NCBI GenBank assembly: GCA_012797505.1
Contig: JAAZOZ010000424.1
Location: 1 to 56,622, forward strand
Direction of reading: 5' to 3'
Origin: Smithella sp.
GTDB taxonomy: Bacteria > Desulfobacterota > Syntrophia > Syntrophales > Smithellaceae
DNA length: 56,622 nucleotides
Positions 10,109 through 19,640 of the stretch are shown piece after piece. Made by a program: the position numbers and the translations under genes. Each line of letters begins with the position of its first letter. Within the stretch, counting starts at the first letter, position 1. Under the pieces are notes generated by a model. The model saw only the letters and a program-made list of their open reading frames with translations, ran no database searches and had not been told where the DNA came from.

Positions 10109-10822
10109 CTACCGTATGTCTGCGAATTTATATCCGAATCCGCGGACTGTCAGAATATATTGCGGTTTTTCCATATTTTCTTCGATTACGCTGCGCAGAC
10201 GGCGGATATGGACATCCACGGCGCGATCGGTAATAAAGGTGTCGTCGCCCCAGACCTGCGTAAGAATCTGATCCCGTGAATACACACGGCCGGGGTTACG
10301 CGACAGAAAGAAAAGCAGTTTCAGTTCAGTGGGACTGAGGGTCACCGGACGGCCTTCCACACGCACCCGGCAGGATCCGTAATCGATGGACAGCCCCTGA
10401 AATTCAAAGCGCTCCTTTGCGGAAGGTTTCTTTCCCTCCTGGGCGCGCCTCAGAACGGTTCTGACGCGGGCAACCAGTTCCTTGACGCTGAAGGGCTTGG
10501 TGACGTAATCATCCGCCCCGATTTCCAATCCGATGATTTTATCGACCTCGTCGGCCTTGGCCGTCAACATGATGATCGGCAGGGATGAAGTTTCCGGATT
10601 GGCGCGAATCCTTTTGCAGATATCCAGGCCGCCGACGCCCGGCAGCATCAGATCCAGAATCATCAGATCGGGGGTAAACGACCGGACGGCGGCAAGAGCC
10701 CCGTTTCCGTCCAACACGATCCTGGCGCGGAAGCCTTCCCGCTCCAGGTTGTAGGAAATCAGGTCCGCAATATCTTTTTCGTCATCGACGATCAGGATTT
10801 TCGTCATTGCGCTTTTTATCAT
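10109..10822 (-). CDS. phoB: Phosphate regulon response regulator PhoB (OmpR family)
   Basis: 237 aa with a receiver domain (ILIVDDE, LMILDLMLPG, LTAK) and a winged-helix output (LSPTELKLLFFLSRNPGRVYSRDQIL...GFGYKF). An alternative ATG lies at 10807. Confidence 0.85.
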   Translation of the reverse strand: MIKSAMTKILIVDDEKDIADLISYNLEREGFRARIVLDGNGALAAVRSFTPDLMILDLMLPGVGGLDICKRIRANPETSSLPIIMLTAKADEVDKIIGLEIGADDYVTKPFSVKELVARVRTVLRRAQEGKKPSAKERFEFQGLSIDYGSCRVRVEGRPVTLSPTELKLLFFLSRNPGRVYSRDQILTQVWGDDTFITDRAVDVHIRRLRSVIEENMEKPQYILTVRGFGYKFADIR

Positions 10823-10832
10823 TGTTTGCCGT

Positions 10833-10886
10833 TCAAAAACAACCCCCTAAAAAGTCAGGAGCAGTTCCTTTTCTTTTCAGGGGGTT
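10833..10886 (-). terminator. Rho-independent terminator/attenuator after the porin gene
   Basis: The minus strand reads AACCCCCTGAAAAG...CTTTTTAGGGGGTT, a roughly 12-bp stem with 1 mismatch, followed by GTTTTTG. Confidence 0.6.
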
Positions 10887-10913
10887 ATGCGCTTTTCCTT
10901 CCGGATTGCCGCT

Positions 10914-12275
10914 TTAGAACGTCAGCGTCAGCTTGTTGATGACCAGAAAATCGTTGGTCAGTTCGTTGGCGTCGGAAGTTCCTTTATAGTACTTGCCGGT
11001 GAAAAGATAACCGCCGCCCAGCATATAGGAAAGGTTATTGGTGATTTTGTAGGTTGCGGTCAAATCCACTTCCCATCCGTAATCGTTGTGAAGGTACACA
11101 GTGGCAGGATTGCCGGCCGTGCCCCAGGGCTTTTGATCGGCAAACGCATACGTAACGGACGCCAGCACATCCAGCTTTTCGACCGGTTTAACGCCGCCGC
11201 GCATTTGGAACAGCCAGCCGTTGGCCATCGCCGTATCCTGAGCGGCCCCGTTGTATCCTGTCAGGGCGCCCGCCCAGTTGGTCCGGTCATAGTTCCACAT
11301 GATCAGACAGGGATTCCAGTCGCGCCCGCCGTTGATAATGCCGCCTTCTATTTTGTCGTTCGTCCCGGGATCATTGCCGGACACATACGCGATACTGCCG
11401 CCCGCATAGAATATGCCGAAATTGGCCGTCGCATCGATCCAGCCGCTGATGCCGGCCAAATCCACCTTATCGATGCCTGGCGCCCCGGCCGGATTGGTGC
11501 CGTCTTCATACTTGTCGCTTCCCGTCAGGTAATTGAGTTCCGCCTGGAGGGAGACCGGGCCGATTTTCGCGAAAGCATAAGGAGTCACCAGGAAATAGGT
11601 TCTCTTGTAAGCCGGCGCCGCGGGACGGTTCGCGGCTTGATGGTAATAGTTGATGTTCACGCCGGCTTTGCCGGTCTTCCAGTTGTAAACGCCTTCGATG
11701 CCGTATTTATCGTTATCGGCATCCGCCCGGTTTACTGCGTTAATGGCCGTGCGGCTGTTTTCCGCTTCTTTGGTATAGGCCAGATTGAGCGTGATGGGTC
11801 CGAAGACATTTGAATACTTGATTCTTGCCTTCGGACTATAGCTGTTGCCGAAAATGGTTCCCGTCGAACCGTCGTTCATGTAACCGACGTCAAAAATTCC
11901 GATGGGCGATGCATAGTGGATGTAAACCCAGTCAACGGCAATGTTTTCGTTTTCCGCGCGCGTTCCCGCGGAATCGGCTGCCAGCGCCGTTCCAGTGGCG
12001 CTTCTGGTCGCTCCCCAGGCTCGCTCCATCGCGTCCAGGCGTGTGATCAGGGTCAACCCCGGAGAAATGGTGAAATCCGTACGAACCCTCAACCGCTGGT
12101 AATAAAAAGCGGTGCTGGGATCGCCGCCCGTTGTGGTCTTCGTTAAGTTTGTCTTATCCAGATACATCCCCGCCGCGTAATACTCACCGCTGACCTTGAC
12201 GTCAACAGCCATCGCTGACGTACTGAAGGCAACCATCAGCCCCAGTGACAGCAAAACAAACCAAAATCTCTTCAT
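10914..12275 (-). CDS. Outer-membrane beta-barrel porin, probably phosphate-starvation inducible
   Basis: The ATG at 12275 is preceded by GGAGGAG. The signal peptide is MKRFWFVLLSLGLMVAFSTSAMA. The sequence has alternating beta-strand character and a C-terminal ...LTLTF aromatic residue. Three Pho-box repeats lie upstream. Confidence 0.7.
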   Translation of the reverse strand: MKRFWFVLLSLGLMVAFSTSAMAVDVKVSGEYYAAGMYLDKTNLTKTTTGGDPSTAFYYQRLRVRTDFTISPGLTLITRLDAMERAWGATRSATGTALAADSAGTRAENENIAVDWVYIHYASPIGIFDVGYMNDGSTGTIFGNSYSPKARIKYSNVFGPITLNLAYTKEAENSRTAINAVNRADADNDKYGIEGVYNWKTGKAGVNINYYHQAANRPAAPAYKRTYFLVTPYAFAKIGPVSLQAELNYLTGSDKYEDGTNPAGAPGIDKVDLAGISGWIDATANFGIFYAGGSIAYVSGNDPGTNDKIEGGIINGGRDWNPCLIMWNYDRTNWAGALTGYNGAAQDTAMANGWLFQMRGGVKPVEKLDVLASVTYAFADQKPWGTAGNPATVYLHNDYGWEVDLTATYKITNNLSYMLGGGYLFTGKYYKGTSDANELTNDFLVINKLTLTF

Positions 12276-12345
12276 ACTCTCCTCCTGAAAGTTTTTTTCA
12301 GAGGTCGGCCTTGGATCAGCGCATCCTCTTTCATCAAGCGTCGGC

Positions 12346-12390
12346 ACGATACAGAGTTATGATGACAGGAGGATGACAGGTCCATGACAA
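12346..12390 (-). promoter_or_regulatory. Pho box (three 7-nt direct repeats at 11-bp phasing) plus -10 for the porin gene
   Basis: The minus strand reads TTGTCAT-GGAC-CTGTCAT-CCTC-CTGTCAT, with TATCGT 10 nt downstream. It lies about 85 nt upstream of the porin ATG. Confidence 0.75.
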
Positions 12391-12604
12391 ACAAAATAAT
12401 TTTGACCGCGACAGCGCAGAGGCGGAGCGCATGATTTCAGATCTGGGATATCCGGGGGGATAAGAATGGAAAAAGAACAGGTTCCTTCACCGTCATCGGC
12501 GATATGAATTTTCGCCGTGACGCAGAGCAACCGGCTTGAATCGGCGCAGAATCGCACCGCACGGCACTGGAATGTGCCGGTGGGAAAGGGGGATCCGTTG
12601 AAGA

Positions 12605-12865
12605 TTAATCGGGAATCACTTTAAAAACTTCATCTCCGGGCCGTACGCGGTCCGAGACTTTCAGGCCGATGGAATCACCCGCCACGGCTTTCTGCACCGG
12701 CTTGTTGTCCACTTCCATGGACTGAATCACGTCGGTAAATTCCGTTGTGTGGCCGGAAAATTTGATGCTGTCGCCGATCGACAATTCGCCTTCCGAAAGA
12801 TGGACCGCCGCCACGGAAGGCTTCGCAAAAAACTTGAGCACTTCACCGATCTTTTTTTCTGCCAT
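12605..12865 (-). CDS. Stand-alone translation elongation factor-like protein (EF-Tu domain II-type beta-barrel)
   Basis: 86 aa from the ATG at 12865, which has a strong AAGGAGGAG SD. The sequence GDSIKFSG...AVAGDSIGLKV...VRPGDEVF resembles the GTP_EFTU_D2 barrel. Confidence 0.6.
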   Translation of the reverse strand: MAEKKIGEVLKFFAKPSVAAVHLSEGELSIGDSIKFSGHTTEFTDVIQSMEVDNKPVQKAVAGDSIGLKVSDRVRPGDEVFKVIPD

Positions 12866-12925
12866 CACGACTCCTCCTTTGCGATAGTGATTCATCAATA
12901 CCTTGATTGATTTCAAAAAACAACC

Positions 12926-12957
12926 ACAAAAAAAGGCAGGGAGCGCGCCCTGCCTTT
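12926..12957 (-). terminator. Rho-independent terminator of the alpha operon (after rplQ)
   Basis: The minus strand reads AAAGGCAGGG-CGCGCT-CCCTGCCTTT, followed by a T-rich run (TTTTTTGTGG). Confidence 0.85.
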
Positions 12958-12975
12958 GATAATTGATTTTATTGG

Positions 12976-13383
12976 CTATTCAGCCTTTTTTTCCTTCTTC
13001 TTCGGCTTTGCCTTCTCTTTCCTGTTCTCGTCCGGAATATATTCCAGAATGGAAACCGGCGCGTTGTCGCCAAAGCGATAGCCGACTTTGACGATCCGGG
13101 TGTAGCCGCCCGCGCGATTGCGGAAGCGTTCGGCCAGTTCGCCGAAAAGCTTGGCGACCATCTCTTTGTCCCGAACCACCGACAGCGCCTGACGGCGCGC
13201 GTGCAGGTCGCCTCTTTTCCCCAGCGTAATCATTCGATCCGCCAGTTTGCGCACTTCCTTGGCCGTCGCATCGGTTGTCCGAATACTTTCATGTTTGATG
13301 ATCGATGTCACCATATTGCGAAACATGGCTTCCCGATGGCTGGACGTTCGTCCCAGTTTTCTGCCCGCCTTACCGTGATACAT
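12976..13383 (-). CDS. rplQ: 50S ribosomal protein L17
   Basis: Begins [24 protein letters not shown]... and lies downstream of rpoA. Confidence 0.95.
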   Translation of the reverse strand: MYHGKAGRKLGRTSSHREAMFRNMVTSIIKHESIRTTDATAKEVRKLADRMITLGKRGDLHARRQALSVVRDKEMVAKLFGELAERFRNRAGGYTRIVKVGYRFGDNAPVSILEYIPDENRKEKAKPKKKEKKAE

Positions 13384-13469
13384 GATTACACTATCCTTTC
13401 CTGACCGTCTCCCGATGATTCATCAAACGCCGCTCTGCCCGCGGTTTGAGTTCCGGTCGCTTTGCTGTT

Positions 13470-14444
13470 TTAAGCGTTTTCCTCCGGCTTCATGCCAAAC
13501 GCAAGGCCGTATTCGTTGAGAATATCCTTGATTTCACTCAAGGACTTGCGTCCGAAATTCTTGGTCTTGAGCATTTCCGCCTCGGTTTTCTGTACCAACT
13601 CCCCGATGGTGTTGATGCCCGCGTTTTTCAGGCAGTTGGCCGAGCGAACGGAAAGCTCCAGATCTTCCACCGACCGCATGAGAATTTCATTGACGTTGCC
13701 TTTTCCATCCTCGCCCTGTTCCGGAGCGGCATCTTCCTCGACTTCCTCAAAATTGATGAATACATCCAGCTGCTGCTTCAGGATCTTGGCCGAATAAGCG
13801 ATGGCGTCGCCCGGGTTCAGGCTTCCGTCCGTCCAGACTTCCAGCACCAGTTTGTCGTAATCCGTAATCTGGCCGACGCGGGCGTGCGACACCACGTAGT
13901 TGACTTTCTTGATCGGCGAAAAGATGGCGTCGATATTGATGGTGCCTTCCGGCTGATCGGGCTCCAGCTCTTTTTTCGCGGCGATATACCCCTTGCCCAT
14001 TTTCACGACCATTTCCGCCTTCAGCGAACCGCCGCCGGACAGTGTGGCGATATAATGATCGGGGTTTAAAACCTCAATCGTTCCGTCGGTAATGATGTCG
14101 CCTGCCGTAATCACGCCGGCGCTGGTCACGTTGAATTTTACGACTTTCGTATCCGCCGCGCCCAGTTTGAAACGAACGCCCTTCAGATTCAAAATCACGT
14201 CCGTGACATCTTCCTTGACGCCGGGGATCGTGGAAAACTCGTGCAAAACACCATCGATTTTGACGGAGGTAATGGCCGCTCCCTGGATGGACGACAACAA
14301 AACCCTTCTCAACGCGTTTCCCAGTGTTATTCCAAACCCTCTTTCCAGAGGTTGAATGGTAAATTCTCCGTAGAACCGTGTATGCGTGGCTTCATCGACA
14401 TCGACACGTTTGGGACGAATTAAACTCGACCAGTTTCTCTGCAT
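13470..14444 (-). CDS. rpoA: DNA-directed RNA polymerase alpha subunit
   Basis: N-terminus [16 protein letters not shown]..., with a C-terminal CTD motif ([23 protein letters not shown]). The tracked ORF begins 12 nt upstream at a GTG. Confidence 0.95.
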   Translation of the reverse strand: MQRNWSSLIRPKRVDVDEATHTRFYGEFTIQPLERGFGITLGNALRRVLLSSIQGAAITSVKIDGVLHEFSTIPGVKEDVTDVILNLKGVRFKLGAADTKVVKFNVTSAGVITAGDIITDGTIEVLNPDHYIATLSGGGSLKAEMVVKMGKGYIAAKKELEPDQPEGTINIDAIFSPIKKVNYVVSHARVGQITDYDKLVLEVWTDGSLNPGDAIAYSAKILKQQLDVFINFEEVEEDAAPEQGEDGKGNVNEILMRSVEDLELSVRSANCLKNAGINTIGELVQKTEAEMLKTKNFGRKSLSEIKDILNEYGLAFGMKPEENA

Positions 14445-14488
14445 AATCAAACCCACCCTTAAGTTGGTTTATTCAATCTGTTGGTTGC

Positions 14489-15118
14489 TTACTTGGAGTA
14501 AAGTTCCACGACAAGCTGTTCCTGCACCGGCATCGTCAGATCTTCGCGAACCGGCAGCAGTTTGATGGTCGCTTTAAAGTTGTCTTTATCCAATCCCAGC
14601 CAATGCGGCACACCGCGCCTGGCAACGGTTTCCATGGCTTCCAGAATCCGGTTGATCTTCCGGGAGCCTTCTTTAACGGTTACTTCATCGCCGGCTTTGA
14701 GCAGGTACGACGGAATATTGACGGCCTTCCCGTTCACCAGAAAATGACCGTGGCTGATCAGCTGCCGCGCCTCGATTCGTGAATTGGCAAACCCCAGGCG
14801 GAAAATCATATTGTCCAGCCTGCGCTCCAGAAGGACCAGCAAATTGGTGCCCGTAATGCCCTTTTGGCGATCCGCCTTTTCAAAGTAGCCGTGAAACTGC
14901 TTTTCCAGAAGTCCGTACATTCTTTTGAGCTTCTGCTTTTCGCGCAGCTGGGTGCCGTAGTCCGACTGCTGTTTCTTGTGGGACTGGCCGTGATCTCCCG
15001 GCGCGTAGCCTCTTCGTTCAAAAGAACATTTCTCCGAATAACACCGATCGCCCTTCAAAAAAAGCTTCAAGCCTTCCCGACGGCACAAACGACATGAGGA
15101 ATCCGTATATCTTGCCAA
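14489..15118 (-). CDS. rpsD: 30S ribosomal protein S4
   Basis: Begins [26 protein letters not shown]... (S4 with a Zn-knuckle N-terminus). Confidence 0.95.
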   Translation of the reverse strand: MARYTDSSCRLCRREGLKLFLKGDRCYSEKCSFERRGYAPGDHGQSHKKQQSDYGTQLREKQKLKRMYGLLEKQFHGYFEKADRQKGITGTNLLVLLERRLDNMIFRLGFANSRIEARQLISHGHFLVNGKAVNIPSYLLKAGDEVTVKEGSRKINRILEAMETVARRGVPHWLGLDKDNFKATIKLLPVREDLTMPVQEQLVVELYSK

Positions 15119-15163
15119 AAAAGCCTCCCTTTACTCTTCTCAAGTATTCTTGAAATATGAATA

Positions 15164-15556
15164 TTATACCCTGCGCCGTTTCGGCGGTCTGCAGCCGTTG
15201 TGCGGAACAGGCGTAACGTCGCGAATCATCGTAATGGTCAATCCGGCGATCTGCAGAGACCTGAGCGCCGATTCCCGCCCGGCGCCCGGACCTTTGATAT
15301 AAACCTGGACGCGGCGCATGCCCTGATCCTTGGCTTTGCGCACCGCGTCTTCCGCGGCCATCTGCGCGGCGAAAGGCGTGCTCTTGCGCGATCCCTTGAA
15401 TCCCTGGAGTCCCGCGGACGACCAGGAAATCACGTTGCCGGTCATGTCCGTGATCGTAACAATCGTATTATTGAAAGTGGATTGAATATGGGCAACCCCT
15501 TCCGTAATGTTTTTCTTTTCTTTTCTCTTGCCTGTTTTCCTGACTGTTTTCGCCAT
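15164..15556 (-). CDS. rpsK: 30S ribosomal protein S11
   Basis: Contains ...[18 protein letters not shown]...[14 protein letters not shown].... Confidence 0.95.
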   Translation of the reverse strand: MAKTVRKTGKRKEKKNITEGVAHIQSTFNNTIVTITDMTGNVISWSSAGLQGFKGSRKSTPFAAQMAAEDAVRKAKDQGMRRVQVYIKGPGAGRESALRSLQIAGLTITMIRDVTPVPHNGCRPPKRRRV

Positions 15557-15583
15557 TTTCCCTCCGGTCGAAAATATTTTCAG

Positions 15584-15952
15584 CTATTTTTTCTTGCCCG
15601 CAATGGCCCGTCTCGGACCTTTTCTCGTCCGTCCGTTGGTATGGGTTCTCTGCCCCCGGACCGGCAGCCCTTTGCGGTGGCGCAGGCCGCGGTAAGCGCC
15701 GATGTCCATCAGGCGCTTGATCGACATGGAAATCTCACGGCGCAGATCCCCTTCGACCTTCCCCTCCTTATCGATGATGCTTCGAATGGCCGAAATCTCG
15801 GAGTCCGCCAGCTGGTCGGTCTTGGTGTCCGGACTGACGCCCGATTCTTTCAGAATCTGCTTGGCGCGGGTTTTGCCGATGCCGTAAATGTACGTTAAGG
15901 CAACTTCCATTCGCTTGTTTTTCGGTAAATCAACACCTGAAATTCGTGCCAC
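15584..15952 (-). CDS. rpsM: 30S ribosomal protein S13
   Basis: Begins [26 protein letters not shown].... Confidence 0.95.
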   Translation of the reverse strand: MARISGVDLPKNKRMEVALTYIYGIGKTRAKQILKESGVSPDTKTDQLADSEISAIRSIIDKEGKVEGDLRREISMSIKRLMDIGAYRGLRHRKGLPVRGQRTHTNGRTRKGPRRAIAGKKK

Positions 15953-15977
15953 CTATAACCTCCTGATATGGTTGAAA

Positions 15978-16091
15978 CTAGCCCTGGCGCTGCTTATGTT
16001 TGGGGTTTTCACAAATCACGCGCAAAACACCCTTGCGTTTGACAATCTTGCACTTCTCGCATATTTTTTTCACTGACGATCGTACTTTCAC
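15978..16091 (-). CDS. rpmJ: 50S ribosomal protein L36 (Zn-binding form)
   Basis: This ORF is not in the track (37 aa). It is GTG-initiated and reads (M)[36 protein letters not shown], with a GGAG RBS, between infA and rpsM. Confidence 0.9.
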   Translation of the reverse strand: MKVRSSVKKICEKCKIVKRKGVLRVICENPKHKQRQG

Positions 16092-16125
16092 GACTCCTGC
16101 TCCTTCTCCCCGGCAAATGAGGCTT

Positions 16126-16344
16126 TCACTTCGTCCTGTAGGTGATCCGGCCTCGGGTCAGATCGTAAGGAGAAAGCTCCACCGTGACTTTGTCCCCGGG
16201 CAATATTTTGATAAAATGCATGCGCATTTTGCCGGATATGTGCGCCAGAACCTTATGTCCGTTTTCCAGTTCCACCCGAAACATGGCATTCGGCAGGGGC
16301 TCCAGCACCCGACCTTCAACTTCTATTGCTTCCTCTTTGGCCAT
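16126..16344 (-). CDS. infA: Translation initiation factor IF-1
   Basis: 72 aa, [41 protein letters not shown].... Confidence 0.95.
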   Translation of the reverse strand: MAKEEAIEVEGRVLEPLPNAMFRVELENGHKVLAHISGKMRMHFIKILPGDKVTVELSPYDLTRGRITYRTK

Positions 16345-16375
16345 ACATTTTCAACCGCCGGTTAAATGAAAAAAA

Positions 16376-17125
16376 TCAATTCAGCCTGCTCAAGATCTCC
16401 GGTCCGTTGTCCGTAATGGCCACGGAATGCTCGAAATGAGCCGACAAACTTCCATCCTCCGTAATGACCGTCCATCCGTCCGGCAGAATTTTCACCCGAT
16501 ACCTGCCCGCGTTGACCATCGGCTCGATGGCGAGAATCATTCCCGTCTGAAGCTCGATTCCCCGTCCTTTTTTTCCGAAATTCGGAATCTGGGGGTCCTC
16601 GTGCATATTCCTGCCGATGCCGTGTCCGACAAAATCCCGAACGACGGAATACCCGGCGGATTCCGCCGTTTCCTGAACGGCCGCCGAGATGTCTCCCAGA
16701 CGGTTTCCGGAAGAGGCCTGTTCAATCGCCGCGTATAAACTCTGTTCGGTCACCCGCATCAACCGGGCCGCCTCTTCGCTCACCCGGCCCACGGGAAGCG
16801 TAACCGCCGCATCCCCGTAAAAGCCCTGATAATAAACGCCGAAGTCCAGTCCGACAATGTCGCCTTCTTTCAAGACCCGGCCGGACGGCATTCCGTGAAC
16901 GACTTCCTCGTTGACGGATGCGCACAGGGAATAGGGATACCCCCGATACCCTTTGAACGCCGGCTTGGCGCCTCGCTTTTCCGTAACGCTTTCAGCGATT
17001 TTGTCCAATTCCCGGGTGGTTACGCCCGGTTTTATTCTTTCCCGAAGAACGCTCAGGACTTCCGCAACAATCCGGCTGCTCGCTTTAGCTTTGTCGATCT
17101 CGTCCGGCTGCTTCAGAATGACCAT
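16376..17125 (-). CDS. map: Type I methionine aminopeptidase
   Basis: 249 aa with metal-ligand motifs (VHG, DFG, GDAA, VGHGIG, EP, EH). Confidence 0.93.
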   Translation of the reverse strand: MVILKQPDEIDKAKASSRIVAEVLSVLRERIKPGVTTRELDKIAESVTEKRGAKPAFKGYRGYPYSLCASVNEEVVHGMPSGRVLKEGDIVGLDFGVYYQGFYGDAAVTLPVGRVSEEAARLMRVTEQSLYAAIEQASSGNRLGDISAAVQETAESAGYSVVRDFVGHGIGRNMHEDPQIPNFGKKGRGIELQTGMILAIEPMVNAGRYRVKILPDGWTVITEDGSLSAHFEHSVAITDNGPEILSRLN

Positions 17126-17149
17126 GAGCCCCTGCTTTCAACACTCCGT

Positions 17150-18457
17150 CTATCGCCTGCGCGCCATGTGTCCTTTTTTCATGAACCCCTCATACTGGCG
17201 GGTCAGCAGATGCGATTCGATCTGGCTCGCCGTGTCCATGGCCACGCCGACGACAATCAACAATGACGTACCGCCGAAATAGAAAGGCGTGTTCAGCTGC
17301 GAGATCAGCACGCTGGGCAGCACGCAGATGATGGAAACATAAACCGCCCCGCTGAAGGTAAGCCTTTCCAGAATTTCTTCAATATATTCGGCGGTTTTCT
17401 TTCCCGGTCGGATTCCCGGAACATATCCGCCGAATTTTTTCATGTTTTCCGCCATGTCGTCCGGTTTGATCGTCACGGCCGTGTAAAAGAAACAGAAGAA
17501 GAAAATCAAGCCGACAAACAGGATTTCATAGCCCAATCGCCCGGGCATCAGGTAACCCGAGATCGTCTTCATTAAACCCGCCGGCGCAAAGTTGGCGATG
17601 GTCGCCGGAAACATGATCACCGAAGACGCAAAGATCGGCGGAATGACGCCCGCGGAATTGATCTTCAGCGGCAGATGGGTTGTCTGTCCGCCGTACATCT
17701 TCCGGCCCACAATCCTTTTGGCGTACTGCACCGGAATCCGGCGCTGCGCCGCTTCAACAAAAACAATCGCGCCGATGACGGCGATCATGAACAGCCCCAG
17801 CAGCACCAGCAGGAGAAAATGCAGTTCGCCGGTCGCATACAGGCGCCAGGTTTTGCCGATGGCCCCGGGCAGATTGCACACAATGCCGGCAAAAATGATC
17901 AGCGAGATGCCGTTGCCGATCCCCTTCTCCGTAATGGTCTCTCCCAGCCACATCAGAAACGCCGTTCCGGACGTCAGGGTGATGATCGTCATCAGGATAA
18001 ACCCCCAGCCGGCGTGCAGAACGATGGGGGCGCCCGTCGGGCTGGCCATCTGCTGCAACCCCCAGGCGATGCCGAATCCCTGAATGATGCTCAGCCCCAC
18101 CGTGCCGTAGCGGGTGTACTGGGTGATTTTGCGGCGGCCGTTCTCGCCCTCTTTGGAAAGTTTCTCCAGGTGCGGGATGGCCACCGTCAGCAAGTTGATG
18201 ATAATGGACGAGGTGATGTAGGGCATGATGCCCAGCGCAAAAATGGAAAAAGTGCTCAGCGCGCCGCCGGCAAACAAATCCATCAAGCCCAGCATGGATC
18301 CGCGCGCCTGCTCGAAAAAAGCCAGAAGCGCCGTATTGTCGATGCCGGGCGTCGGAATAAAGACGCCGACGCGGTACACCGCCAGAAGAAGCAGTGTAAA
18401 CAGAATTCTTCTCTGCAGCTCGGGTATTTTGGAAACGCCGCCCAGTCCCTCTAACAA
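17150..18457 (-). CDS. secY: Preprotein translocase subunit SecY
   Basis: 435-aa 10-TM protein, ...IPELQRRILFTLLLLAVYRVG..., located after rplO. Confidence 0.95.
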   Translation of the reverse strand: MLEGLGGVSKIPELQRRILFTLLLLAVYRVGVFIPTPGIDNTALLAFFEQARGSMLGLMDLFAGGALSTFSIFALGIMPYITSSIIINLLTVAIPHLEKLSKEGENGRRKITQYTRYGTVGLSIIQGFGIAWGLQQMASPTGAPIVLHAGWGFILMTIITLTSGTAFLMWLGETITEKGIGNGISLIIFAGIVCNLPGAIGKTWRLYATGELHFLLLVLLGLFMIAVIGAIVFVEAAQRRIPVQYAKRIVGRKMYGGQTTHLPLKINSAGVIPPIFASSVIMFPATIANFAPAGLMKTISGYLMPGRLGYEILFVGLIFFFCFFYTAVTIKPDDMAENMKKFGGYVPGIRPGKKTAEYIEEILERLTFSGAVYVSIICVLPSVLISQLNTPFYFGGTSLLIVVGVAMDTASQIESHLLTRQYEGFMKKGHMARRR

Positions 18458-18458
18458 A

Positions 18459-18905
18459 TCAGATTACCTCTTCAATCGATCCGCCCGCCGCGGTAATTTT
18501 GGCTTTCGCAGCCGCGCTGATTTTTGCCATTTTCACGGTCACGGGAAAATCGATGTTTCCCTTGGCCAGAAGCTTGATTCCCGCGCCCTTTTTCTTGACC
18601 AGACCGCTTTTTAAAATGGCCTCTTCGTCAATCACGGCGCCCTTCTCGAATTTACGACACAAATCCATGACGTTCACGCCGACATAGCTTTCCCGGAAGG
18701 GATTGCGGAAGCCTCTCTTCGGAAGCCGCCGGGACATGGGCATCTGGCCGCCTTCAAATCCGTCGCGCACATAGCCGCCGGAGCGGGCTTTCTGTCCCTT
18801 GTGTCCTTTGCCGGACGTTCCCCCGTGGCCGGACGCGTCGCCGCGGCCGACTCTTTTTCTCTTTTTGGTCGCCCCCAGGGGCGCTTTCAGAGAACTCAAA
18901 TCCAT
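18459..18905 (-). CDS. rplO: 50S ribosomal protein L15
   Basis: Contains ...[30 protein letters not shown].... Confidence 0.95.
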   Translation of the reverse strand: MDLSSLKAPLGATKKRKRVGRGDASGHGGTSGKGHKGQKARSGGYVRDGFEGGQMPMSRRLPKRGFRNPFRESYVGVNVMDLCRKFEKGAVIDEEAILKSGLVKKKGAGIKLLAKGNIDFPVTVKMAKISAAAKAKITAAGGSIEEVI

Positions 18906-18909
18906 AGCC

Positions 18910-19089
18910 CTACTCCTTTGACTCTTCCACAGAAACCAGATGGATGACCTTGTGAATCATACCACGAATCTCCGGGGTATCGGCCAGAGTCACGGTCTTG
19001 TTTACCTTGGTCAGTCCCAGGCCGCGCATGATTTTTCTCTGCTTTTCCGGCCGCGTGATGACGCTTTTCACCATTTTCACCTTCAACAT
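18910..19089 (-). CDS. rpmD: 50S ribosomal protein L30
   Basis: 59 aa from the ATG at 19089 ([26 protein letters not shown]...). The longer tracked ORF would overlap rpsE. Confidence 0.9.
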   Translation of the reverse strand: MLKVKMVKSVITRPEKQRKIMRGLGLTKVNKTVTLADTPEIRGMIHKVIHLVSVEESKE

Positions 19090-19121
19090 TTTACCCACGG
19101 TCTTCCTGCCCCCGTCTGCTT

Positions 19122-19619
19122 TTACTTGCCCCGTCGCGCGGAAATTTCCGCCGGATCCTTCAACTGACAAAGCCCGTCAACGGTTGCTTTGACCAGATTG
19201 TGCGGATTATGCGAGCCCAGGCATTTGGTCAGAATATTGTGAACGCCGGCCACCTCCAGCACTGCTCTCACCGCGCCGCCGGCAATCAATCCGGTCCCTT
19301 CCGACGCCGGCTTCAGCAGCACTTTTCCCGCGCCGAATTTTCCCAGAACCTCATAGGGAATCGTCTTGTTGGCCACCGCGACTTTGACCATGTTTTTCTT
19401 GGCCATTTCCATTCCCTTGCGGATCGCCTCGGGAACCTCGTGGGCCTTTCCCAGTCCCGCGCCGATCATGCCCTGGCCGTCGCCGACCACCACGATCGCG
19501 CTGAAGCGAAAACGCCTTCCTCCCTTGACAACCTTTGCCGTACGGTTAATGGCAATGACCCGGTCCAGGAGCTCCACTTCTTTCATGTCTCTTTTATCGA
19601 TGGATTCTTCTCTGATCAT
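19122..19619 (-). CDS. rpsE: 30S ribosomal protein S5
   Basis: Contains ...[28 protein letters not shown].... Confidence 0.95.
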   Translation of the reverse strand: MIREESIDKRDMKEVELLDRVIAINRTAKVVKGGRRFRFSAIVVVGDGQGMIGAGLGKAHEVPEAIRKGMEMAKKNMVKVAVANKTIPYEVLGKFGAGKVLLKPASEGTGLIAGGAVRAVLEVAGVHNILTKCLGSHNPHNLVKATVDGLCQLKDPAEISARRGK

Positions 19620-19640
19620 GAGTTCCGTTCACAAAAGTAA

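Noticed and set aside
12357-12557. A 66-aa ORF between the EF-Tu-like gene and the porin.
   Set aside because: It overlaps the three Pho-box repeats, has no SD, and its sequence is Cys/Pro-rich and unconserved-looking. The region is better explained as the porin promoter/5' region. A short CGGCAC-N6-GTGCCG stem at 12562-12579 lacks a U-tail, so it was not called as a terminator.
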